NCBI GenBank assembly: GCA_934660865.1
Contig: CAKUIA010000007.1
Span: 60,001 to 92,000, forward strand
DNA: 32,000 bases
Reading direction: 5' to 3'
Source of the DNA: an uncultured Opitutales bacterium
Lineage (GTDB): Bacteria; Verrucomicrobiota; Verrucomicrobiia; Opitutales; Intestinicryptomonadaceae
Made by a program: the position numbers and the translations under genes. Below the pieces are notes generated by a model, which saw only the letters and a program-made list of their open reading frames with translations, made no database searches and was not told where the DNA came from. This document shows, piece after piece, positions 1 to 7,132 of the stretch; within the stretch, counting starts at the first letter, position 1; the number at the start of each line of letters is the position of its first letter.

Positions 1-1
1 A

Positions 2-364
2 GGGGCTTCGGGCATACTTACGCTCGACTGCATTGTCGAGGCCGTGATAGGCAATATGCGCGACGAGTTCGACAAAAACGGCCAAAAATCGGCGCAAAAG
101 GTGGGCGAAAACAGCTACCAAACCGACGGGCTAAAGCCTTTAAGGGAGTTTTCGTCGGAAACGGGCATAGAGATAGACTCCGACACGTCGACAACCATAG
201 GCGGGCTTGTTACCGAAATTTTGGGACGTTTCCCCAAAGCGGGCGAAACGGTAAAAGTTCCCGACACAAACGTTTTTATAAAAATAAAAAGTTTGGAAAA
301 AACGCGCGTGGGCTTGTGCGTTATTACGCAAAAAGAACCCGAAGAAAGCGATTCGGAAAACTAG
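2..364 (+). CDS. CNNM/HlyC-CorC family transporter, C-terminal fragment (5' end lies outside the window)
   Basis: The frame is open from nt 2 (GASGILTLDCIVEAVIGNMRDEFD...), matching the CBS-to-CorC_HlyC junction of this family. It continues into a CorC_HlyC-type domain (YQTDGLKPLREF...TIGGLVTEILGRFPKAGETV). Stop at 362-364. Confidence 0.7.
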   Translation, partial: GASGILTLDCIVEAVIGNMRDEFDKNGQKSAQKVGENSYQTDGLKPLREFSSETGIEIDSDTSTTIGGLVTEILGRFPKAGETVKVPDTNVFIKIKSLEKTRVGLCVITQKEPEESDSEN

Positions 365-387
365 AAAAAACGGAGCTTAACCCCGCA

Positions 388-419
388 AAAAAATCCGCAA
401 CTTAAATTGCGGATTTTTT
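388..419. terminator. Bidirectional intrinsic terminator between convergent genes
   Basis: Perfect 13-bp stem: aaaaaatccgcaa (388-400) pairs with ttgcggatttttt (407-419), with a 6-nt loop cttaaa. The A-tract/T-tract arms give a U-run in either direction. Confidence 0.75.
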
Positions 420-450
420 GTCTCACATAAATTCGCCGAAGCTTTGCCGC

Positions 451-804
451 CTATTTTTTAAGCGAGTCTATATACTTCCAAAAATTGTCCTCCTGCTCGA
501 CAAGCGTCTCTTCCTTAAAGGGAAGCTTAAAGCGGAACACAAAGTCGGCAATGGTGTGCTGGTGCAATGCCCAATTTGCGAAAATCTTGCCGTCCTTAAT
601 CTCGAAATATATGCGGTACTCGCCCGCTCTAAGCCTGTAGAACTCTTTGCCCGAACGCCTTACCTTGCCTATATTCGGGCATTTGTCGTTCAGCAAATCG
701 TCGGCGTTTACCGAGCTTAAAACGTCCATAATTTCCAACTGGGAAAGCTTGTCCATTTTGTTTAGCTCGCCCATGCACTGGTCGCTGAAGATTACCTGAA
801 ACAT
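451..804 (-). CDS. RelE/ParE-family toxin-like protein, solitary, with a C-terminal extension
   Basis: I moved the start to the ATG at 804, giving MFQVIFSDQCMGELNKMDKLSQLEIMDVL, a typical RelE/ParE N-terminus. The ORF-track start at 834 is a TTG. The core motif FYRLRAGEYRIYFEIKDGKI resembles the YRLRVGDYRIIYEI signature. Confidence 0.6.
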   Translation of the reverse strand: MFQVIFSDQCMGELNKMDKLSQLEIMDVLSSVNADDLLNDKCPNIGKVRRSGKEFYRLRAGEYRIYFEIKDGKIFANWALHQHTIADFVFRFKLPFKEETLVEQEDNFWKYIDSLKK

Positions 805-935
805 AATAGAAAAAGCAAAACGCAAAGCGCGCAATAATTCAACCTTTTTTTAAACCCTTTAAAGTTTTTATTTTTTTGAAACATTTAAGCGGCGTTTTCG
901 TTTTAACATATCGAACAAATCAAACAAAAACAAAT

Positions 936-1589
936 ATGAATATCAAAACTCCCATTACCCTGACGCTTGCAATGTTTGCAGCCGCGCTTTTTGCGCAGGA
1001 CACCCCACCGTCCAAACCCGAAACAAACGCGAAAATGCTTAAGATGTTCGACAAAGACGGCGACGGCGTTTTAAGCGAAAGCGAGCGCAAGGCCGCAGGC
1101 GAAGCCATAAAAGAGCGCGAAGAAAAGATGAAACAAATGCTTTTAAAGCGCGCCTCGCTTATAGTTAAAAAATACGACAAAGACGGCGACGGCAAGCTTT
1201 CGGAAAGCGAATTGGCTACATTTTTAGAGAATTCGCACAGGTTCGGCCGCCCGCAAAGACAGCCGAAGCTTTCGCCCGAAACAATTAAAAAATACGACAA
1301 AGACGGCGACGGCAAGCTTTCCAGAGACGAAATGAAGGCCCTGCGCGAAGACGTCGAAAAGATGTTCAAAGAGCTTAAAAAGAAGTACGACAAAGACGGC
1401 GACGGCAAGCTTTCCAGAGACGAGCGCAAAAAAATGATAGAGGAAAACCCCGAATTGTTTAAATCCGTTCCCCCGCCGCCTCCGCCCGACAGGTTTAGGC
1501 AAAGGCAAAACGGCGAAATGCCTCCGCCACCGCCCCCGCAGGCACAAGACGGCAATTTGCCTCCGCCTCCTCCGCCTTTAGGCGAGTAA
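936..1589 (+). CDS. Secreted calcium-binding protein with four EF-hand loops and a polyproline C-terminal tail
   Basis: I moved the start to the ATG at 936, giving the signal-peptide-like MNIKTPITLTLAMFAAALFAQD. There are four canonical 12-residue EF loops: DKDGDGVLSESE, DKDGDGKLSESE and DKDGDGKLSRDE twice. The tail carries three PPPPPP tracts. Confidence 0.75.
   Translation: MNIKTPITLTLAMFAAALFAQDTPPSKPETNAKMLKMFDKDGDGVLSESERKAAGEAIKEREEKMKQMLLKRASLIVKKYDKDGDGKLSESELATFLENSHRFGRPQRQPKLSPETIKKYDKDGDGKLSRDEMKALREDVEKMFKELKKKYDKDGDGKLSRDERKKMIEENPELFKSVPPPPPPDRFRQRQNGEMPPPPPPQAQDGNLPPPPPPLGE
1166..1423 (+). repeat. Intragenic perfect DNA repeats encoding the EF-hand units
   Basis: The 37-nt string ttaaaaaatacgacaaagacggcgacggcaagctttc is identical at 1166-1202 and 1285-1321. 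The 38-nt string tacgacaaagacggcgacggcaagctttccagagacga is identical at 1293-1330 and 1386-1423. A shorter core, gacaaagacggcgacggc, also occurs at 1050-1067. Confidence 0.9.
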
Positions 1590-1610
1590 AACAAAGAGGC
1601 AAAAAAAAGC

Positions 1611-1638
1611 AAAACCCCGCAAAAATGCGGGGTTTTTT
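1611..1638. terminator. Bidirectional intrinsic terminator between the EF-hand gene and pyrE
   Basis: The sequence aaaaccccgca-aaaa-tgcggggtttttt has a GC-rich stem (ccccgca/tgcgggg) extended by A/T-tract pairing, with a T-run on both strands. Confidence 0.8.
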
Positions 1639-1660
1639 GTATTCAAAAAGTTCCTTAAAA

Positions 1661-2236
1661 TTACGAACCGGGGTGAACCGCCTTTATGGCCTTAAGCGAT
1701 TCTGGCAATGCGTCGGGCTCGTAGGTGGGGAACGAAAATTCCAAAAGCGAAACGCAGTCTACCTCGAACTTTGCCTTGCCCTGGCTTCGGTCTACCAAAA
1801 CGGCAACGCCTACGGGAGTTGCCCCGTTTTCCTTTACAATGTTTATACATTCGTCCACACGGCCGCCGCGGGTTATAACATCTTCTACAATCAGGGTTTT
1901 TTCGCCCTTTTCAAACTTAAAGTTTCGGCGCAGGCAAAGCTTGTTGTTTTCCTTTTCGGCAAACAAAAAACGCGCGTTTGCCTGGCGCGCCATTTCCTGC
2001 CCAAGCACCAGACCGCCCATTGCGGGGGCAAGCACCGTGTCGAACTTAACGCCCTTTTCGTTCAGTTTTTTAAGCAGCATTGCAACAAGTTCGCTAACTT
2101 GGTCCATATGCTCGCAAACCCTTGCGCACTGAAAATAATGCCCGCTGTGCAGGCCGCTTCTTAAAATGAAGTGCCCCTCAAGCAAGGCCTTTGTTTCCCT
2201 GAATATGTTTAATATTTTTTCGTTGTCGGTATTCAT
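1661..2236 (-). CDS. pyrE: Orotate phosphoribosyltransferase
   Basis: 191 aa. N-terminus GHFILRSGLHSGHYFQCARV; PRPP-binding loop TLIVEDVITRGGRV. Confidence 0.85.
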   Translation of the reverse strand: MNTDNEKILNIFRETKALLEGHFILRSGLHSGHYFQCARVCEHMDQVSELVAMLLKKLNEKGVKFDTVLAPAMGGLVLGQEMARQANARFLFAEKENNKLCLRRNFKFEKGEKTLIVEDVITRGGRVDECINIVKENGATPVGVAVLVDRSQGKAKFEVDCVSLLEFSFPTYEPDALPESLKAIKAVHPGS

Positions 2237-2240
2237 TTTT

Positions 2241-2738
2241 TTATAAAATTTCGCAGTATTTTCCCGTCATTGTTTCGCCGCAGTCTATCTTTATTGCCGC
2301 AAAGCCGTCTTTGTGTTTTTCGTATAAGTCCCAAATAAACTTTTTGTCGCTTTCGGGAATTTTGCCGTTTTTTATTTCGTTTAACGGCATAAATTTAAAC
2401 GAACCTTCGTCCATTGCCCCGGGCAAATAGTCCATAACTTTTTTGCAGTTAAAAAGGAACATAAGCCAGTTTGTGTCGCCCTCGTACGCCCTTTCGCTTA
2501 CCATGCCGAACAAGTGCAAATCGGCAATTTCAACGTTAAAGCCGGTCTCTTCAAAAATCTCCCTTTTTGCACATTCGTGCGGGCTTTCGCCAACGGCCAT
2601 TTCAAGCTTGCCGCCCACGGGGCTAAGCAGGCCCTTGTTCGGCATATTGTTCCTTTCTATCATCAAAAATTCGCCCCTTGCGTTTTTTATGTAGCAAAGA
2701 ACGCTTATTTTGAAGGGAAGTTTTTGATGGGTTGGCAT
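2241..2738 (-). CDS. NUDIX hydrolase
   Basis: Nudix box GGKLEMAVGESPHECAKREIFEETGF fits GX5EX7REUXEEXGU. Its ATG shares one nucleotide with the purU stop (TAATG at 2736-2740). Confidence 0.8.
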   Translation of the reverse strand: MPTHQKLPFKISVLCYIKNARGEFLMIERNNMPNKGLLSPVGGKLEMAVGESPHECAKREIFEETGFNVEIADLHLFGMVSERAYEGDTNWLMFLFNCKKVMDYLPGAMDEGSFKFMPLNEIKNGKIPESDKKFIWDLYEKHKDGFAAIKIDCGETMTGKYCEIL

Positions 2739-3592
2739 TAGTCGAATACAACCGTTTTGTTTTCGTAGGCCAAAATTCGCTTTTCCAAATGCAGCCTTAC
2801 GGCCAGCGCCAATGTGGTTTTTTCAAGCTCTTTGCCCTTGCGCACAAGGTCGTCTACCGAATTGCGGTGGCTTATTGTCGTTACATTTTGGGCGATAATC
2901 GGGCCTTCGTCCAAATCGGCGGTGGCATAGTGGGCGGTTGCCCCTATAAGCTTTACGCCCCTTTCGTAGGCCTTTTGGTAGGGCTTTGCCCCCGCAAAGG
3001 CCGGCAAAAAGCTGTGGTGAATGTTTATTATGGGAACGCCCACATTCTTTATGAAGTCGTCGCTTAAAATCTGCATATAGCGCGCCATAACTATAAGAGA
3101 TGCCCCGCTTTCCCTCACAAGCCTTATCTGTTCGGCTTCAACCTGGGCTTTTGTTTCTTTGCTTATTGGCGTATGGTGGAAATCTATGCCGAATTTTTCG
3201 GCAAAGCCGCGCAAATTGTCGTGGTTCGACACGGCTATGGGTATTTCGCAGTTAAGCTCGCCCATTTGCTGGCGCACTATTATATCGCAAAAGCAGTGCG
3301 AAAACTGCGAGGCAAACAGCGCTATTTTCGGCCTTTCGGTTGAAAGCGAAACGTCGGCTTGCATTTTCAGCGTGTTTTCCGCAAAAAACTTGAATTCGCG
3401 CATTTCGGCGGCGGGGTCTGTGCAGGGAATCCACTGCACGCGCTGGAAAAATATGCCGTGCTGGCGGTCTATATGCTGGTCGGCGTGTTCTATATTGCCC
3501 TTTTTGTCGTAAATCCAGTTGGAAACCATTGCAACAAGCCCCGCTTTGTCGGGCCCGTGAAGCAACGCTATAATATGAACTTTCTCTTCCAT
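2738..3592 (-). CDS. purU: Formyltetrahydrofolate deformylase
   Basis: I moved the start to the ATG at 3592 (MEEKVHIIALLHGPDKAGLVA, ACT-domain start), giving 284 aa. Contains the signature NIHHSFLPAFAGAKPYQKAYERGVKLIGATAHYATADLDEGPII. Confidence 0.85.
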   Translation of the reverse strand: MEEKVHIIALLHGPDKAGLVAMVSNWIYDKKGNIEHADQHIDRQHGIFFQRVQWIPCTDPAAEMREFKFFAENTLKMQADVSLSTERPKIALFASQFSHCFCDIIVRQQMGELNCEIPIAVSNHDNLRGFAEKFGIDFHHTPISKETKAQVEAEQIRLVRESGASLIVMARYMQILSDDFIKNVGVPIINIHHSFLPAFAGAKPYQKAYERGVKLIGATAHYATADLDEGPIIAQNVTTISHRNSVDDLVRKGKELEKTTLALAVRLHLEKRILAYENKTVVFD

Positions 3593-3649
3593 ATATTTTT
3601 CTGTAAATAGATGCCTGTGGGGCAAGCCCCAATTTATTTTATTCTTATA

Positions 3650-3679
3650 TTGATTTTTCGGAATTATTAAGAATACTAT
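3650..3679 (+). promoter_or_regulatory. Putative sigma70-type promoter for panC
   Basis: TTGATT (3650-3655), an 18-nt spacer, then TACTAT (3674-3679), about 30 nt upstream of the panC ATG. It lies in the AT-rich divergent purU/panC intergenic region. This is a pattern match only. Confidence 0.3.
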
Positions 3680-3709
3680 ACACAAATACAGCAAAATCTT
3701 TTCAAGGCA

Positions 3710-4552
3710 ATGAAAATAATAAATACCCCTTCGGAAATGAAAGATTACGGCGCAAAGGTACGCGCCGACAAAAAAACTCTGGCACTTGTGCCGACAATGG
3801 GCGCGCTGCACGCAGGGCACTTAAGCCTGATTAAAAAGGCAAAGGAATGCGCCGACATTTGCGTTGTTTCGATATTTGTAAACCCCACGCAATTCGGCCC
3901 GAACGAAGATTTCGAAAAATACCCCCGCCAGGCCGAAAAGGATATTTTGGCTGCCGAAAGCGCGGGGGCCGACGCCGTATTTTTGCCGAAAACCTCCGAC
4001 ATGTATTTTGCCGACTCTTCCACTTTTGTAGAGGAGGAATCGATTTCGAAAGACCTTTGCGGGAAGTCGCGCCCGAAACACTTTAGGGGGGTAACAACCG
4101 TAGTGTGCAAGCTCTTTAACATAGTTAAGCCCGATTTTGCGGTATTCGGCGAAAAAGACGCCCAGCAGGTTTCCGTTATAAAGCGCATGGTGCGCGACCT
4201 GTTTATGGACGTAAAAATAGTAAGGGCGCCCCTCTTTAGAGACGAAAACGGTTTGGCAATGAGCTCGCGCAACGCCTATATGGACTCCGTTCAAAAGAAG
4301 GAGGCCCTAATGCTTAACAAGTCGCTTTTAAAGGGCAAAGAGCTTGTAGAAAAAGGCTGCACAAACGTAGACAGGGTTATTGCCGAAATAACCAACTGTT
4401 TGTCGAAAAGCTCCAAGATAAGGGTAATTTACGTCAAGGCGGTAGACGCCGAAACGTCGGTGCCCGTAGCCGAGATAGAAAGCGGCAAAACCAGAATTTG
4501 CATGGCGGTTTGGCTCGACAACACGCGCCTAATCGACAATATGGTAATGTAA
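3710..4552 (+). CDS. panC: Pantoate--beta-alanine ligase (pantothenate synthetase)
   Basis: 280 aa. LVPTMGALHAGHLSLIKKA contains the HxGH motif, and the length is typical. Confidence 0.9.
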   Translation: MKIINTPSEMKDYGAKVRADKKTLALVPTMGALHAGHLSLIKKAKECADICVVSIFVNPTQFGPNEDFEKYPRQAEKDILAAESAGADAVFLPKTSDMYFADSSTFVEEESISKDLCGKSRPKHFRGVTTVVCKLFNIVKPDFAVFGEKDAQQVSVIKRMVRDLFMDVKIVRAPLFRDENGLAMSSRNAYMDSVQKKEALMLNKSLLKGKELVEKGCTNVDRVIAEITNCLSKSSKIRVIYVKAVDAETSVPVAEIESGKTRICMAVWLDNTRLIDNMVM

Positions 4553-4564
4553 TTTTTACGATAA

Positions 4565-6160
4565 ATGAACGATACATTCGACATTCTTGTAATCGGAAGC
4601 GGCATTGCAGGCCTTAGCTTTGCGCTAAGGTGCTCGGCACAGGGCAAAAAGGTTTGCATTATAACCAAAAAGAACGCCGACGACACAAACACAAACCACG
4701 CGCAGGGCGGCATTGCCAGCGTAACAAGCACGCTGGACGACTACGAATCGCACATAAAAGACACTTTGATTGCGGGCGACGGCCTTTGCAACGAAAAGGC
4801 GGTTCGCGCAATAGTTCAGTCGGGGCCCGAAGAAATCCAAAACCTGATAAAGCAGGGTGTTGAATTTACAAGCCTAAAAGACGGCTCGCCCGAACTGGGG
4901 CGCGAAGGCGGCCACTCGGCGCGCAGAATCTTGCACGTTAAAGACTATACGGGCAAGGCCATAGAGGAAGCCCTGCTAAACCGCGCCAAACACGACAAAA
5001 ACATACACATTCTCGAAAACCATTTCGCCATAGACCTTATAACAAGCGCAAAGATAGAGAACTTCCCGACAACGGCAAATCGCGTTGTGGGCCTGTATGT
5101 TTTAGACACTAAAAAGGGGAAGGTTAGCGCGATAAAAACAAGGGTTGTAATGCTCTCTTCGGGAGGCTCGGGCAGAGTATACCTATATACCACCAACCCC
5201 ACAATAGCCACGGGCGACGGCGTTGCAATGGCATACAGGGCCGGGGCAAAAATATCCGACTTGGAATTTATACAGTTCCACCCCACCGCAATGTATACCC
5301 AAGACGACGAAAGGTTTTTAATCTCCGAAGCAGTTAGGGGCGAAGGCGCAATTTTGCGCAATATCAAAGGCGAGGCATTTATGGCAAAGTACGACCCGCG
5401 CAAAGACCTTGCCCCGCGCGACATAGTTGCCCGCGCCATAGATTCCGAAATGAAAAGGCTCGGCTCTGCCCACGTTTGGCTCGACATTACGCACGTTCCG
5501 CGCGAAACGCTTAAAAACCGCTTCCCGAAAATTTTCGAGCACTGCTTGTCGAAAGGCATAGACATTTCGAAAGACTATATGCCCGTTGTTCCCGCGGCGC
5601 ACTACCAGTGCGGCGGCATACAGACAAAAATAGACGGCTCGACCAACATAGGCGGCCTGTACGCCTGCGGCGAAGTTGCCTGCACGGGGCTTCACGGCGC
5701 AAACAGGCTTGCAAGCAACTCTTTGCTGGAAGCCGTTGTAATAGCCCACAAAGCCTCGGTTGCGGCGCTAAAATATATGGAAAGCGCAACCTTTATAGAA
5801 AGGGAGCTTCCCGCCTGGGTAGACGGCCACCTGAGGGATTCCGACGAAAGATTCATTCTTTCGCACAATATGGACGAGCTTAAGCGCACCATGTGGGACT
5901 ATGTCGGCATTGTAAGAACCTCGAAAAGGCTCGACCGCGCCGAACGCCGCATAAAAAACTTGGGCGCCGAAATCGACGAGTATTACTGGAACTTCAAGGT
6001 AGAGGAAAAGCTGCTCGAACTTAGGAATATGATTCAAGTTGCCCTGCTTATAATCCAATGCGCAAAAAAGCGCAAGGAAAGCCGCGGGCTTCACTACACT
6101 TTAGACTACCCGCACAAGGCCAAGAAAATAGTAAACAGCGTTGTCTGCAAAAAACTATGA
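4565..6160 (+). CDS. nadB: L-aspartate oxidase
   Basis: 531 aa. FAD-binding fold DILVIGSGIAGLSFAL, then HAQGGIA and HPTA. The length and C-terminal helical domain fit the NadB/succinate dehydrogenase flavoprotein family. Confidence 0.85.
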   Translation: MNDTFDILVIGSGIAGLSFALRCSAQGKKVCIITKKNADDTNTNHAQGGIASVTSTLDDYESHIKDTLIAGDGLCNEKAVRAIVQSGPEEIQNLIKQGVEFTSLKDGSPELGREGGHSARRILHVKDYTGKAIEEALLNRAKHDKNIHILENHFAIDLITSAKIENFPTTANRVVGLYVLDTKKGKVSAIKTRVVMLSSGGSGRVYLYTTNPTIATGDGVAMAYRAGAKISDLEFIQFHPTAMYTQDDERFLISEAVRGEGAILRNIKGEAFMAKYDPRKDLAPRDIVARAIDSEMKRLGSAHVWLDITHVPRETLKNRFPKIFEHCLSKGIDISKDYMPVVPAAHYQCGGIQTKIDGSTNIGGLYACGEVACTGLHGANRLASNSLLEAVVIAHKASVAALKYMESATFIERELPAWVDGHLRDSDERFILSHNMDELKRTMWDYVGIVRTSKRLDRAERRIKNLGAEIDEYYWNFKVEEKLLELRNMIQVALLIIQCAKKRKESRGLHYTLDYPHKAKKIVNSVVCKKL

Positions 6161-6705
6161 ACCGCATAGATTTAAACAAGCACATAGCAAAGGTTGCCGA
6201 CTTCCCGAAAAAGGGCATTCTGTTTTTCGACATTACGCCCCTTTTTACCGATTCCGACGCCTTTTTTAAGGTTGTAGAAGACTGGGCCGACCTGCTTAAA
6301 AACGTAAAGGCCACCAAGATTTTGGCAATGGAAGCGCGCGGCTTTTTGTTTGCCGCCCCCCTTGCCATTGCGCTTAACTTGCCCCTTGTTTTGGTTCGCA
6401 AAAAGGGTAAATTGCCCCGCCAAACCCTAGACGAAACCTACGACCTGGAATACGGCACGGCGACAATTTCCGTCCACAAAGACGACATATCGAAAGACGA
6501 CTCGGTTATTATAGTAGACGACCTTCTCGCCACGGGCGGCACGGCAAAAGCCGCCTGCAAGCTTGTGGAAAAACTCGGGGCAAAAACGGCGTTGTGCACC
6601 TTCCTTTGCCAGCTGGATTTCCTTGACGGCAAAAAAACGCTTGCCGGCGAAAATATTTTAACGATGTACACTTGCAAAGACTCTGATTTTTGTTGCAATT
6701 TTTAA
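6157..6705 (+). CDS. apt: Adenine phosphoribosyltransferase
   Basis: I moved the start to the ATG at 6157, which overlaps the nadB stop as ATGA, giving 182 aa. N-terminus MNRIDLNKHIAKVADFPKKGILFFDITPLF; PRPP loop VIIVDDLLATGGTA. Confidence 0.85.
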   Translation: MNRIDLNKHIAKVADFPKKGILFFDITPLFTDSDAFFKVVEDWADLLKNVKATKILAMEARGFLFAAPLAIALNLPLVLVRKKGKLPRQTLDETYDLEYGTATISVHKDDISKDDSVIIVDDLLATGGTAKAACKLVEKLGAKTALCTFLCQLDFLDGKKTLAGENILTMYTCKDSDFCCNF

Positions 6706-6729
6706 ACACTTAAAAGTATATATAACAAA

Positions 6730-7119
6730 ATGCAATTCGAAGCTTATTTACCTGTATTTTTACAAATAGTCCTGTCGGTGGCGATGGGGCTTGGAATTAT
6801 TGCGGCAAGCTGCATATTCGGACAAAGGGCCAAAAAGAACGCCATAAACAATTCGCCCTACGAATGCGGTATGCCCACTTTCGGCAAAGCGCACATGAAT
6901 ATGGGCGTTAAATTCTATGTTGTTGCCCTGCTTTTTGTGGTGTTCGACATAGAGGTGCTTTTTATGATTCCCTTTGCCCTTATCTACTCCGACTTTGTAG
7001 CCGCAAACATTTCAATCATTGCGGTTGTAATGTTCTTTTTGGCCCTTATGATAGCGGGCATAATATACGAAGTAAAAAAGAACGCTCTAGACTGGAATAT
7101 CCCCAAAACAAATCTCTGA
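6730..7119 (+). CDS. nuoA: NADH-quinone oxidoreductase subunit A (ND3 family), not followed by nuoB
   Basis: 129 aa with three hydrophobic segments. Motifs are PYECGMP, FYVVALLFVVFDIEVLF and ALDW. Confidence 0.8.
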   Translation: MQFEAYLPVFLQIVLSVAMGLGIIAASCIFGQRAKKNAINNSPYECGMPTFGKAHMNMGVKFYVVALLFVVFDIEVLFMIPFALIYSDFVAANISIIAVVMFFLALMIAGIIYEVKKNALDWNIPKTNL

Positions 7120-7132
7120 TAGCTAAATTGAT

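Noticed and set aside
876-935. 20-codon N-terminal extension of the EF-hand ORF
   Set aside because: The track start is a non-ATG codon. The ATG at 936 gives a clean signal peptide (MNIKTPITLTLAMFAAALFAQD).
1480-1589. CCG/CCT-rich tract that looks like a simple-sequence repeat
   Set aside because: It is in frame and encodes the three PPPPPP tracts of the EF-hand protein. It is coding low complexity, not a non-coding microsatellite.
920-1612. 230-aa minus-strand ORF with poly-Gly tracts, antisense to the EF-hand gene
   Set aside because: It is the mirror image of the EF-hand/polyproline gene: the GGGGGG runs are the complement of the PPPPPP codons. It has no independent motifs or start context, and the plus-strand product has a signal peptide and canonical EF loops.
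3620-3632. Small GC hairpin (ggggc aa gcccc) in the purU/panC divergent spacer
   Set aside because: The 2-nt loop is sterically implausible, there is no flanking T-run, and the genes diverge here, so a terminator role makes no sense.
3593-3820. 76-codon N-terminal extension of the purU ORF in the ORF track
   Set aside because: The extension is Cys/Phe/Tyr-rich nonsense and would overlap the panC start and its promoter region. The ATG at 3592 yields a normal 284-aa PurU beginning with the ACT domain.
6058-6156. 33-codon N-terminal extension of the apt ORF overlapping nadB
   Set aside because: The internal ATG at 6157 gives a standard-length Apt and forms an ATGA start/stop overlap with nadB. 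The extension lies inside the nadB coding sequence.
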